This document shows positions 48,763 to 58,423 of a stretch of DNA of 58,625 nt, one piece after another. Within the stretch, counting starts at the first letter, position 1, and each line of letters begins with the position of its first letter. Location of the stretch: assembly GCA_034717835.1 (NCBI GenBank), contig JAYELZ010000034.1, positions 1-58,625 of the forward strand, given 5' to 3'. The notes under the pieces were generated by a model that ran no database searches, was not told the DNA's origin, and saw only the letters and a list, made by a program, of their open reading frames with translations. Origin of the DNA: Chloroflexota bacterium. GTDB lineage: Bacteria; Chloroflexota; Anaerolineae; B4-G1; SLSP01. A program made the position numbers and the translations under genes.

Positions 48763-49899
48763 CTACTCCCGCGCTCGCAACCAAGTCATCAATTCACGGC
48801 GGGCTTGCCACGCGGCTTGGCTCTCAGGGTTGCCACGTAAGAGCGCTAAGATTGCCGGAGTATAGGTCTTCAGTAGGTGTCCCGGACGGCGCAGAAGAAA
48901 GTGAATTTTCTCTGTAAAGGACCTGCGTTGCGCCTGTTGCGGTTCTCCAAAGAGGATTTTCTGTAGATATCTTACCCAATCTTTATACCCCCTGCCTTCC
49001 AAATCACGCCAGACGTTGGGGAGTAACTGCGTGCGATATCCTAATAACATGTTTTGGCTGGCCGCTAATACCTGAGTGAGAGGTGTGAGAGAGCCCCGCT
49101 CCTTCTCCAGGATGTCGGAATCCGGCCAAAACCAGGCAACTAAGTGTAACGTTAATCCCACTGCCCGTAACATGTCGAGAGCCGCGCCGCGCTCTTGTAA
49201 CTTTTGCCACTCGTATGGCCCCCAGCTGGCTGTCAGAAACTTGAAGTCAGTCAGCGACAGTCCGCCTCCTGCAAACTGGTGGCGCTCGATCAGATGGTAG
49301 GTGAGGTAGAGGAAGTGTTCTACGGGATGCGGAATCCAGAGGTCGGGGAATGGTTCCCACGGGGTTAATTTGCTAGCCCAGCGGTTAAAGGTGAAAAGAG
49401 AATTGCTCCCATGAGCATCTAGCGCGGTATGAATTTCTATCCTAAAACCAGCTCGTGAAGGATGAAGCGGCGGTAGATGGGTAGAACGGCCACCAGCCAA
49501 TTCGGTATGATACCCTTCTTGTTGCAAGGCAGTTGTCAATTTAGTAGCGGCCTCTTCCGGCACCAACAAGTCTAAATCAGAATAGGGGCGTAGTATTGTT
49601 TCAGGGTAAAATTCCGCCATCACCGGACCTTTCACAACTACTATGGGGATAGCTTCACGAACAGCGATCTTGCTCAATGATTGCAGTTGTTGTTTTAGCA
49701 ACATCTCGCGCGCCGAGAGTCGATAACGTGACTCTCGCACCGCTTGCTGCCACGTGGGTGAAAGTGCCCAGCCTTCTTGTGCCGCGCGCCATTCGAGGAG
49801 CGGTAACAAGCGTTGCGCTCGTGCCCAGGACACGAGCTCAACCTCAGGAATAGTCGCTTTTCCAGTCCACCAAAAGTTCAAATACGGCGATGAATTCAT
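48763..49899 (-). CDS. Nucleotidyltransferase family protein (NTP_transf_5-like)
   Basis: VVKGP...YP...RPYSDLDLLV, IEIH, HFLYLTYH. Confidence 0.8.
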   Translation of the reverse strand: MNSSPYLNFWWTGKATIPEVELVSWARAQRLLPLLEWRAAQEGWALSPTWQQAVRESRYRLSAREMLLKQQLQSLSKIAVREAIPIVVVKGPVMAEFYPETILRPYSDLDLLVPEEAATKLTTALQQEGYHTELAGGRSTHLPPLHPSRAGFRIEIHTALDAHGSNSLFTFNRWASKLTPWEPFPDLWIPHPVEHFLYLTYHLIERHQFAGGGLSLTDFKFLTASWGPYEWQKLQERGAALDMLRAVGLTLHLVAWFWPDSDILEKERGSLTPLTQVLAASQNMLLGYRTQLLPNVWRDLEGRGYKDWVRYLQKILFGEPQQAQRRSFTEKIHFLLRRPGHLLKTYTPAILALLRGNPESQAAWQARRELMTWLRARE

Positions 49900-49904
49900 A
49901 TTTT

Positions 49905-50810
49905 TTACGACTTGGGGATCTCTGGACAAAAATCTATGGCCAAACCACTGCCCGTATCAAAGAGGGTCGCGGCTCGGCCTATTGTCTTCTCCCAGGCGGG
50001 TTTGACATAAGAGAGTTCAGCTAACAGTTCGGTCAACTTCGCTTTAGAAACGCGCAGGAAGAGTACATCCCGCTTAGGGCTAAGTTCTACTTCCATTGTC
50101 AATTCATAGCGTCTGGATTCTGCACGCACTTGATCCCAGATTTGCATGTACGGTTGAAATTGCAGCTCATCCGTTGGATCCGAGTAGACGCCCAATGTTA
50201 TCTCCGCTCCCATATCGGGATTGATCTGTCCATCTCCCACCGGACGCCCAGTTTCTAAGTTGCCATCCGTATCCAGTGCGAATAGCCAATAGATGGCGCC
50301 TTCTCGCTTCATTGGCACGGCTGTCTGCAACTTCATCCAGAGAATTAGATTTTCTGCTGGCGCCCAATCCGCAACTTGAGTAGCTAGTTCCTCTGGTAAA
50401 TTCTCAAGCAAATGGCCGTTCTCATCAAAACTAGCCGCTTGAATATCAACCCCCGCGAGGGTGGTGGTTAGCGGCGTCAGGGTGTTGAAATCTACCGCGT
50501 CAGCAGCGGGATCGTTGACAAAGGCCACCGGCGTTAGGGTGGGGCGGCTGGTGGGAGTAAACGTCGGGGGAGCCGGCGTGTATGTCGGAATTGGGATTGG
50601 CGTTTCTGTCGGCACCGGTGTAAAAGTGGGCGTCGGGGAGAGGGTCGCAGTAGCCGATGGGAGCGGGGCTGGCGTAGACGCGCTGAACGGCCGTTGCAAA
50701 GAACTTCCCCCGGCACCAATCGCTACCACTATCCCTGCTAGCACCGCTAGCCCGATTACTACTATTCCAAAAATAAACGCTTGTTTTCGTTGATTAACCA
50801 TATTTTTCAC
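49905..50810 (-). CDS. Membrane-anchored hypothetical protein with Pro/Thr-rich linker
   Basis: N-terminal TM, (PT)n tract, LDTDGNLETG motif. Confidence 0.75.
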   Translation of the reverse strand: MKNMVNQRKQAFIFGIVVIGLAVLAGIVVAIGAGGSSLQRPFSASTPAPLPSATATLSPTPTFTPVPTETPIPIPTYTPAPPTFTPTSRPTLTPVAFVNDPAADAVDFNTLTPLTTTLAGVDIQAASFDENGHLLENLPEELATQVADWAPAENLILWMKLQTAVPMKREGAIYWLFALDTDGNLETGRPVGDGQINPDMGAEITLGVYSDPTDELQFQPYMQIWDQVRAESRRYELTMEVELSPKRDVLFLRVSKAKLTELLAELSYVKPAWEKTIGRAATLFDTGSGLAIDFCPEIPKS

Positions 50811-51025
50811 TAAATAAAACCAGGTGCGGTTTCACAGTTTGGCGCATTAGGATTAAATAGCCGTTGGGCACTCTAAATCCGCTTAGTTTGCAAATAATGA
50901 GCGGGAGCGCTCCGCCACAGGTCGCTACCCGCTTAACATTGTAACATAGTTGTTAGATGTTGCTGTTGGAAAGCCTAAGTATAATTTAGCGTGGATACAC
51001 CGCGCAAATTAGTCTTTACGTTAAG

Positions 51026-51694
51026 TTACTCGTTATTCACAAACTCTTCCATATATTCCGCGAGGTCGTGACGGACCGAATAGGCTGCCGCCTCCGCGCG
51101 GTTGGTTAGATCTAGCTTGGAGAGAATGCTGCTGACATAATTGCGCACTGTTCCCTCTCCCAAATAGAGGGCCTTGGCGACTTGTTTATTAGTCATTCCC
51201 TGCGCCACGTGGGCTAACACGCGCGTCTCTTGATCGGTTAGTTTGGAGAAAGCTGCTACTTGATCTTGCAGCGTCGCCAACCGTACCCGCTTGAGAATAC
51301 GCTGCGTCACAGCAGGATCCAAGAGAGCCTCCCCGCGGCCCACGCAACTGATGGCTTTCACCAAATCATGGCTACCTACCTGCTTGAGTACGTAGCCATC
51401 AGCGCCTGCGCTGATGGCATCAAAGAGCATTTCGTCTTCAGCGTATGAGGTGAGCATGATTACGTGTACCTCGGGATGTTCTTGCTTGATCATCTCGCAA
51501 GCTTTAATCCCGTCGGTGCCAGGTAATCTGATATCCAAAACCACCACATCTGGGTGGTGCAAGCGCACTTTTTTTAGCGCCTCTTCTGCTGATGCGGCTT
51601 CATCTATTACACTGAAGTCGCGTTGACTGCTCAAGAGGGTACGCAAGCCTAAACGCACTACTTCGTGATCATCCACAATTAAAATTCGCAACAT
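51026..51694 (-). CDS. NarL/LuxR family response regulator
   Basis: IVDDHEVVR, LDIRLP, GYVLK, GMTNKQVA..L...TVRNYVSSILSKL. Confidence 0.95.
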   Translation of the reverse strand: MLRILIVDDHEVVRLGLRTLLSSQRDFSVIDEAASAEEALKKVRLHHPDVVVLDIRLPGTDGIKACEMIKQEHPEVHVIMLTSYAEDEMLFDAISAGADGYVLKQVGSHDLVKAISCVGRGEALLDPAVTQRILKRVRLATLQDQVAAFSKLTDQETRVLAHVAQGMTNKQVAKALYLGEGTVRNYVSSILSKLDLTNRAEAAAYSVRHDLAEYMEEFVNNE

Positions 51695-51711
51695 TTTTCC
51701 CTCGTTTGGAT

Positions 51712-53067
51712 TTAATTATAGGGTACGGTTAAATGCAATGTCATGCCTTGATTCGGAGCACTATCAATCTTCAATTTGCTATCCACTAACCGGGCGCGCT
51801 CGCGGATATTGCGTAGTCCGTAGCCTTTCCTCAGATGTAGGGATTGCATACCTATCCCATCATCCATGATCAACAACTCTATGTTTTCTGGTTGATAGAC
51901 CAACGAAATGCTGACTTGTTTAGCTGCTGCGTGACGCGCGGTATTGGTTAAAGTTTCACGGGTGATTTGAAAGAGGTGCCGGCGGCGTTCGATGTTGAAA
52001 TGCCCCCCCGGTTCCCCGGTGACTAACAGTTCTGTTTCTAGCAAAGTATTGATTTTGAAATCGCGCAATAGACGCCGGAGGCCGGTTTCGAGATCGTCAT
52101 CCGGTAGATCGCTATGTAAATCGAAGATGTAACGGCGGATATCATGGATGGTTTGATTCAGATTTTTGAGGATGCGATTTATTTGACCTTGTGCGCGTTG
52201 CGGATGCGTCGTGATTTGATGTTGTACTCCTTCTAACATCAGACCCGCCGCGTAGATGGATTGAATGACGCCATCGTGCAATTCCCGCCCGATGCGCTCA
52301 CGGTCCGCCGTCAGCGCCTGGAGGTGTTCTACGTTCTCAATCCATTGTTCAATCTCGGTTTGTACGATAGTCAGCGAGCGGACTATGCCCCATAGCCAGA
52401 ACCAACCCACTAGTGCCCATAATAGCTGGGGGGAGAAAGGCAGGCAGGTCTCGTTGAGATAATAAGCTGGCAAAAAAGTGGCCTTCGGGACCAGGACGAG
52501 TTGCAGTAGCCCAAAAGCACCAGAGGCCGCCTCGATCAACCGCAGATAAGGGCGGATGCGCGACCGCCAATCTTTATTCAGGGTTTGATAGCTTTGCCGT
52601 CGAATACCAAACCCGGCGAGCACTCCTCCGGGGGCGGCCAACAGGTAACGCGCCAATATCTCTATCACCGGCGCTACGTCAGATCCCAGGCGAAAGGTGA
52701 AAAGTAGTGTTAATAAGTAGGGAATGCTCCAGCCTAGTTGCACGCCTAAGAGTAAGTAGCGTAACTTGAGGGGTTCAATTTCTTTGGGGAAGAAGGTCTG
52801 CACACCAAAGGCCAATAGATACGCATACCCACCGGTCAACACGGCGACTCGTAGCAGAGGAGGGAGCAAGGCCCCCCCGGTGAGCAAGGGCGCCAGTAGA
52901 TCGTTCCAGGCCACGATGGATTCGCAGAGGGCAAAGGCTCCTAGCCAGGAGAGCCGCCGCGCTATGAGGATACGCCGGCTTCTATATTTCAAGAAAGCCA
53001 CCGTCAGGCTGAGCGCAGTAAAGATCAGACCATGTAAAAAGAGCGTGAGTATATGCAATTCCGTCAT
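51712..53067 (-). CDS. Membrane sensor histidine kinase (HisKA_3)
   Basis: Multiple TM helices, RERIGRELHDGVIQ, ETLTNTARHA, DDGIG, GLRNIRERA. Confidence 0.92.
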   Translation of the reverse strand: MTELHILTLFLHGLIFTALSLTVAFLKYRSRRILIARRLSWLGAFALCESIVAWNDLLAPLLTGGALLPPLLRVAVLTGGYAYLLAFGVQTFFPKEIEPLKLRYLLLGVQLGWSIPYLLTLLFTFRLGSDVAPVIEILARYLLAAPGGVLAGFGIRRQSYQTLNKDWRSRIRPYLRLIEAASGAFGLLQLVLVPKATFLPAYYLNETCLPFSPQLLWALVGWFWLWGIVRSLTIVQTEIEQWIENVEHLQALTADRERIGRELHDGVIQSIYAAGLMLEGVQHQITTHPQRAQGQINRILKNLNQTIHDIRRYIFDLHSDLPDDDLETGLRRLLRDFKINTLLETELLVTGEPGGHFNIERRRHLFQITRETLTNTARHAAAKQVSISLVYQPENIELLIMDDGIGMQSLHLRKGYGLRNIRERARLVDSKLKIDSAPNQGMTLHLTVPYN

Positions 53068-53159
53068 TTTAACCTCGCTCGCCAAGTATATCATAAGCGA
53101 GGGAAGGTTCAACCATAGATGTCTGACAGCTGCATAAGTAGTAGCTACTATAAACAGTG

Positions 53160-53187
53160 AAGGCCATCGGGTTTCTCCGATGGCCTT
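53160..53187 (-). terminator. Hairpin after the ECF operon
   Basis: AAGGCCATCGG-gtttct-CCGATGGCCTT. Confidence 0.6.
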
Positions 53188-53208
53188 AAGTTGCGCGCGG
53201 CGGTTACT

Positions 53209-54042
53209 CTAGGGTAGTAACTTTTCAAATTGTGTTAGCATCTCGTTGACGCGCAATGTGCCTGGGTCGAAGCCCAATTCCGAGGCCGCTTGGGCCAATT
53301 GCGTGATCTGTGGCGGTGCGACGAAGGTTTCCGCCAGTATCTGCGGCTGAGCGAAGACCTCAGCGGTCGGGCCATCCGCCAATTTTCTCCCTTGACCTAG
53401 CAGCACGATGCGTTTGGCATATCGAGAGACAATAGGCATATCGTGTGTGATGATAACGATAATATGCCCGCGTTCCTGGTGTAGGTAGGTGAGAAAATCC
53501 ATAATTTCGAGGGATTGTTTTACATCCTGCCCGGTGGTCGGTTCATCCACAATGATGACTTTGGGGCGGAGCGCCAGAATTGAAGCGATGGCTACGCGCT
53601 GTCGCAGTCCCTTGGGCAAAAAGAAAGGATGTTCATTGAAATAAGCCGTACTTAGTCCCACCACTTGGGCAGCCTCTTCCACCCGCTCCGTAACCTCTTC
53701 CTCAGTGAATTGGATGTTACGGGGGCCGTAGGCGATCTCATCCCAGACCGTGCCGTTAAAGAGCTGGTGGTCGGGATTCTGGAAGACGTAGCCTACGCGC
53801 ACAGCCATCTTGGTGATGGAGGTGGTGCGGGTATCCAATCCATCCGCGACTACCCGTCCTGTCGTGGGCTTAAAGAGACCATTGAGACATTTGGAGGCGG
53901 TCGTCTTGCCGGAGCCATTTTGTCCGATAAGCGCCACAAAATCTCCCTCGGCCAACTCGAAACTTAGATCATGTAATGCCAGCGTACCATCGGGATAACG
54001 ATAGCTCAGGTTTACTACGCTCAGATAGGGGGTCGTCTTCAT
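53209..54042 (-). CDS. ECF transporter ATPase (EcfA')
   Basis: GQNGSGKT, VFQNPDHQLF, degenerate signature LPKGLRQR, DEPTTGQD. Confidence 0.9.
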   Translation of the reverse strand: MKTTPYLSVVNLSYRYPDGTLALHDLSFELAEGDFVALIGQNGSGKTTASKCLNGLFKPTTGRVVADGLDTRTTSITKMAVRVGYVFQNPDHQLFNGTVWDEIAYGPRNIQFTEEEVTERVEEAAQVVGLSTAYFNEHPFFLPKGLRQRVAIASILALRPKVIIVDEPTTGQDVKQSLEIMDFLTYLHQERGHIIVIITHDMPIVSRYAKRIVLLGQGRKLADGPTAEVFAQPQILAETFVAPPQITQLAQAASELGFDPGTLRVNEMLTQFEKLLP

Positions 54043-54902
54043 TTTCGCTCCTCAAACAATGTCCGCAAACATGCCGCGCCGGCGGCTACATTTTGGGGTA
54101 AGGGCAAAGCGGCTGGATAATGTCCTGCCACTTTCAAGTGATAGAAGAATTCCAACACCCCTGGGGGGAAAACATCATGTTCCATTAAGTACCCCATCCG
54201 CTTAAAGAAAGGCTCTGTTTTATCCGCCAGCAGCACTTCGCCGTGATAGACTAAAATCATCACATCCGCCAACGGCACTAAATTCTCCAGGCTATGTTCC
54301 ACCACGATGATGGTGCTCTGATATTCGCGTTTAAGTTTTCCCAACACCTCAAAAACGCGCCGGCGTCCAATCGGATCCAGCATTGAAGTCGGCTCGTCCA
54401 GTACCATAATGGGCGGACGCATGCCTAACACGGCCGCTAACGCCACCCGCTGTTTCTGCCCGCCGGAGACCTCGTAAGGCGGTTTTTCCAGCAGCGACTC
54501 AATCTCGGCAAGCGGTATGACCCAATCTAGCCGGTGTTTAATCTGCCTGATGGTTAAACCCATATTTTCCATTCCGAAGACTACCTCGTCCTCTACCGTC
54601 ATGGCGGTGAACTGGGCTTCGGGGTCGGAGAATACCAGCCCTACCTGTTGGCAAAGTTGCGCCTGGGGGATAGTGGTAATTTCCTTATCTAGAACGTAGA
54701 CTGCTCCTGTGCGAATGCCGTTGTACTGGTTGGGAATTAATCCATTCATGGAATAAGCCAACGAGGTCTTCCCCGAACCGTTGGGACCAATGATGCCCAC
54801 CACCGCTCCCTCGGCGATTTCCAATTTGATGTTTTTAAGCGCTGGTTCTTTGGTTCGGGAGTAACGCCAACTGTAATCCTCAAAGCGAATAGCGGTGCTC
54901 AT
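54039..54902 (-). CDS. ECF transporter ATPase (EcfA)
   Basis: GPNGSGKT, FSDPEAQF, SGGQKQR, LDEPTSMLD. Confidence 0.9.
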   Translation of the reverse strand: MSTAIRFEDYSWRYSRTKEPALKNIKLEIAEGAVVGIIGPNGSGKTSLAYSMNGLIPNQYNGIRTGAVYVLDKEITTIPQAQLCQQVGLVFSDPEAQFTAMTVEDEVVFGMENMGLTIRQIKHRLDWVIPLAEIESLLEKPPYEVSGGQKQRVALAAVLGMRPPIMVLDEPTSMLDPIGRRRVFEVLGKLKREYQSTIIVVEHSLENLVPLADVMILVYHGEVLLADKTEPFFKRMGYLMEHDVFPPGVLEFFYHLKVAGHYPAALPLPQNVAAGAACLRTLFEERK

Positions 54903-55789
54903 GCGGCACCTCCCTTTAACCAAAGTTCCAGCCAGCGCAAGGTCAGCGAATTTTCTAATGTCAAGCCACCTTGTCCGAAGCGGATAATCAACACGGCTAC
55001 CAATGAAAATGAAATAAGTACCACTAATAAGCCATCTCTAAACCGAAACCGATATTGGGTGAGGATATAATCGGGGCGTTTTACTTCGTGCAAGCCAGTG
55101 AAGCTATAACCTCTGGCCACGATGGCGTTAGCGAATTCGTCCGAGCGCCGTAACGCCAGTGCAAAGAGCGGGATGATATACATCACAAACTGGCGCATTT
55201 TGTAGGCGATTGATTTCCCTTGGGGGTCAAAGCCGCGCGCTTTCTCAGCTTGGCGCACGATGGAAAAATCCTCAATCACCATGCCTACGGAGCGCAACGC
55301 CATAGTTATCAAATAAGTCACTACAAACGGCACGTGTGCCCACCGCATGGCAACTAACATGTCCCGCTCGCGGGAGGTGCTGAGAAAGAGCACGGTGAGG
55401 AAGATCATCGGCAGGATGCGCGTGTAAACATCTATGGCTGCCACAATTCGTTCATAGTAGAAAGGGAAGCCGAAAAGTCTGAAAGCTACGTAGAATTCGG
55501 GATGAATGCCCCCTAAAACTGTATGGGAAAGTAAAATTAAGATACCCATGGAGAGTGAAACAGGGATGTAAATCTTCAAGGTGGATAGGTTTACTTTGCT
55601 ATATTTTAATAAGAGGATGGAGAAGAGGATAATTGCCAAGTTCCATTCTGGGGCGTTGATAATCATAGGAAATAAACTGACTACTAGCAAGAAGAAGACC
55701 CGTACAAAGGGATGGATCCGATAAATAGGGGACTCTTCTGGCACGTAGCCCAGTATGGTTTTGTTCATATTCATAGAGAACAGCTCCAA
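54899..55789 (-). CDS. ECF transporter transmembrane T component
   Basis: SPIYRIHP, QAEKARG and AIVARGY (two ARG motifs). Confidence 0.9.
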   Translation of the reverse strand: MELFSMNMNKTILGYVPEESPIYRIHPFVRVFFLLVVSLFPMIINAPEWNLAIILFSILLLKYSKVNLSTLKIYIPVSLSMGILILLSHTVLGGIHPEFYVAFRLFGFPFYYERIVAAIDVYTRILPMIFLTVLFLSTSRERDMLVAMRWAHVPFVVTYLITMALRSVGMVIEDFSIVRQAEKARGFDPQGKSIAYKMRQFVMYIIPLFALALRRSDEFANAIVARGYSFTGLHEVKRPDYILTQYRFRFRDGLLVVLISFSLVAVLIIRFGQGGLTLENSLTLRWLELWLKGGAA

Positions 55790-55811
55790 TTAAAGGTTAG
55801 ACCAGCATAGG

Positions 55812-55845
55812 AGGGGCGGGGAGATTGGTATTCCTCCCCGCCCCT
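55812..55845 (-). terminator. Intercistronic stem-loop after the S-like gene
   Basis: AGGGGCGGGGAG...CTCCCCGCCCCT 12-bp stem. Confidence 0.55.
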
Positions 55846-55873
55846 GGATTAACGAGCGTCTGCAGCTACGAGT

Positions 55874-56479
55874 TTAGGCAAACCAACGCTTGACGAAGGC
55901 ATTGGTCGTGATGACCACATTAGAAAGTGCCTTCAAGAGGATTACGCCGAAGATAATTCCGGCGACTTCGTTGCCACCGAACCAACCCCAGATGAAGACC
56001 GGCACGGATTCAGCCGTGAGCAGTCCGAAGCCCTTCAAAACCACTAGCGGGGAGTAGAGCGCGCCGAAGATGTTGCCCAGGGTGATGGAGGCCAGGAAGA
56101 TGATCCAATCGCGTTTGGAATTTAGCCGAGGATCGGCCTTGAAATAACGGAAGGCCAACATCGGTAATAGCGCCTGCATTAAGTTCGCGGGAATGTAGGC
56201 TAGAGAAACGTAGATCGGCGTGCCTGTAATCCCGTTGGAAATAATTGGGAACAAGCTGGCGGCGATCACACCCCAAGCCCCAAACCAGATGCCGCCCACA
56301 TTTTGCACGGCAATCGCGGGCCAGAAGAAGTTTACCCCAAAGCCTAACGGCAAAGAGAAACTTCCAAAGGCTCCCACCACCGCGCCAATGCCGATGAGCA
56401 AGGCCGTGATAACCACATGAATAATGCCTGCTGAGCGAGTTTCGCCCTCTTCCACCTGCCAAATTTGCTTCGCGTCCAT
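55874..56479 (-). CDS. Putative ECF substrate-specific S component (substrate unknown)
   Basis: 201 aa, about 6 TM helices, GIWFGAWG motif, first gene of the EcfT-A-A' operon, AGGAGG RBS. Confidence 0.7.
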   Translation of the reverse strand: MDAKQIWQVEEGETRSAGIIHVVITALLIGIGAVVGAFGSFSLPLGFGVNFFWPAIAVQNVGGIWFGAWGVIAASLFPIISNGITGTPIYVSLAYIPANLMQALLPMLAFRYFKADPRLNSKRDWIIFLASITLGNIFGALYSPLVVLKGFGLLTAESVPVFIWGWFGGNEVAGIIFGVILLKALSNVVITTNAFVKRWFA

Positions 56480-56649
56480 AAAAACCTCCTAAAAATAGAT
56501 ATGAATAAAATGGTTGCGCGAGTGCCCCGCAATTGGAGCGCTCGCGTTAAAAACGGGGCAAATAAAATCACGGTAGGAATATTTAAGTCGCGTTTTTGTA
56601 TCCCCGGTGCAGAAGATTTCAGCGGCTAGTCGCCCCCTAATCCATCAAT

Positions 56650-56677
56650 AGTATATAAAGATATTAAAAAACGTCAA
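56650..56677 (-). promoter_or_regulatory. Putative sigma70 promoter of the ECF operon
   Basis: Minus strand TTGACG-16 nt-TATACT. Confidence 0.5.
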
Positions 56678-56837
56678 ATGACAATTTCCGTAAGCCAGTA
56701 AGATAAAAATCAGGTAAATAAACTCGGCTGGGGTCAATGGTTTCTGCGGTTGGCAAGATGAGAGGTTGTACCAGGTCTTTCTCGGGTTGTGAAAATTAGT
56801 GACTATGGTAAAATGTGTCGCGTGGAATGAGTAGCCT

Positions 56838-56908
56838 TGGGGGCTCGTCTAACGGTAGGACAGCGGACTCTGACTCCGTATGTGGGGGTTCAAATCCTCC
56901 GCCCCCAG
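56838..56908 (+). tRNA. tRNA-Gln (anticodon CTG)
   Basis: Acceptor TGGGGGC/GCCCCCA, D-arm GTC..GAC, anticodon arm GCGGA-CTCTGAC-TCCGT, T-arm GGGGG-TTCAAAT-CCTCC. CCA is not encoded. Confidence 0.95.
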
Positions 56909-56916
56909 TCAAAAAG

Positions 56917-56948
56917 AAAACCGCCCGGTCAACTTACCGGGCGGTTTT
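56917..56948 (+). terminator. Intrinsic (bidirectional) terminator after the tRNA
   Basis: AAAACCGCCCGGT-caactt-ACCGGGCGGTTTT. Confidence 0.85.
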
Positions 56949-57035
56949 GTGTTACCAGAGCTTCTGAGGAGTGCTATTTTGCATACATCAGAAAGCGGTA
57001 GCGGCGCGCGCGCCGCGAGGCTTATTTATTAAACT

Positions 57036-57176
57036 GGCTCTTGGGGAATTCACGGGGTCGCGTTAAAATTAACCACGGATTTCACAGCTTAGCACGGAAA
57101 AAGGTAAAAAATCAGTGTAATCTGTGGTGAAAAATTTACGGCGCGTGACACTTACCCCGCCTAGTCCCAGAGTCCC
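57036..57176. mobile_element. MITE-like dispersed element, copy 2
   Basis: Ends GGCTCTTGGGGA / TCCCAGAGTCC; shares AATTAACCACGGATTTCAC, TTAGCACGGAAAAA, AAAAAATCAGTGTAATC, TGTGGTGAAAAA and CGCGTGACACTTACC with copy 1. Confidence 0.65.
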
Positions 57177-57331
57177 TCATAATTATAGTTTACTTAATTT
57201 TGTCGCTAAGCGAAAGCTAAGTATCCAGAGCCAGTTTCTTCCCAAGAAACTGGCAACGATATGCCTTTTTGAGCACCGCTTGCTTGTAGTCCGGTCTTTA
57301 TCTACGCGGAATGTCATTCCGCGCTACCGCG

Positions 57332-58423
57332 CTACGTGGCGAGCGCGGCTGAGTGGTAGTGTTCCGAGGTGTCCTTCATCAACTCGCGCAGCAACATGGT
57401 GGCGTAGGAACCTTTGGGCGCGGTGAAGGAGATGACCAGCGAGTCACCTACCATTTGCCAGGAGAGGTCAGTGACCAGATAGCGCAGGTGACGGCGGGTG
57501 CCTGGGGCTTTGACGCGCCGGAAATCCTCCGGTGTTAGTCCTAGGTCGGAGAGCAGTTGCTCTTCCAATGCGGCTGCTTCCCCCGCCGGCTGCATCAGCT
57601 TGTAGCCGTAGATGGGGCCGGTGGCGCTAATCTCCCCGGCGGTGACGCGGGGTAGTTCTGTCGCCACGTCCTCCACGGTGAAGATTCCGCCGGCAGGATG
57701 CTTTTTGGCGAGATCGCCGGGTAAGAGCGCGTCCCATGTTCCCTGCTGCATCCGGGTTGTCAAGTAGCGGTTGAAAAGGGCGGATTGCAGGGCGCTCACA
57801 TAGAAGCGGCGCTGGCGGTACGAGGGCGAGCGAATGCCGCGTTCCCGCAACTCGTCCCAACGGTTGTGCAACAACATCCAGCCCACGCGATGGTTGTCGC
57901 CGTAATTGCCAAAACGTTGGATGCCGTACCCGTTGGGCACGCCTTGCTCCATCAGCACCCTGAGAATCGCCTCGGCGCGGCTGGCCGCTTCCGCATGGAC
58001 GTGGCGCAGCCGGATGGTGAAGCGGTTGCCGTGCAGATGTCCGGTGCGCAATTTATTCGTGTGGCGTTTGGCCCAGAGTACGCGCGCACGGTTTAGTTCC
58101 AATCCCAGCAGGCGTGCCGGCGGCATGTTCCAGACCGAGAGGGTTTGCTCGGTGATGGCGTGGGTATCTTTGAGGCCAGCGTAGCTGATCTGTTTGGTCT
58201 GCACGCCCAACGCACGCGCGACATTCTTGACCAATTGGGGCGTGGAGAGCTCGCATTTCTCCACCGCGAAGAAAGTATGCTCCCCGGTCCCGCACGGCTC
58301 ATAGGCGGGAATCTCGCGGACATCGAAGTCTTCCGGTGTCACGCGCAGGGCGCCACTTACGCCGGGCAATCCGGCGGTTAGATAAGGAATATGCCAATCT
58401 AATGTGGTGATTTTATTTTTCAT
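57332..58423 (-). CDS. truD: tRNA pseudouridine(13) synthase
   Basis: PEDFDVRE, YAGLKDTHAITEQ, GNRFTIRLR, PNGYGIQRFG, SALQSALFN, KGSYATMLLREL. Confidence 0.95.
   Translation of the reverse strand: MKNKITTLDWHIPYLTAGLPGVSGALRVTPEDFDVREIPAYEPCGTGEHTFFAVEKCELSTPQLVKNVARALGVQTKQISYAGLKDTHAITEQTLSVWNMPPARLLGLELNRARVLWAKRHTNKLRTGHLHGNRFTIRLRHVHAEAASRAEAILRVLMEQGVPNGYGIQRFGNYGDNHRVGWMLLHNRWDELRERGIRSPSYRQRRFYVSALQSALFNRYLTTRMQQGTWDALLPGDLAKKHPAGGIFTVEDVATELPRVTAGEISATGPIYGYKLMQPAGEAAALEEQLLSDLGLTPEDFRRVKAPGTRRHLRYLVTDLSWQMVGDSLVISFTAPKGSYATMLLRELMKDTSEHYHSAALAT

Noticed and set aside
56605-56640. TPP riboswitch (GGGG...CTGAAA start on the minus strand)
   Set aside because: It lacks CTGAGA and the downstream ACCTGAT/AGCG..GG core
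56838-57200. Integrative element at tRNA-Gln
   Set aside because: No integrase and no duplicated tRNA 3' end were seen in the window
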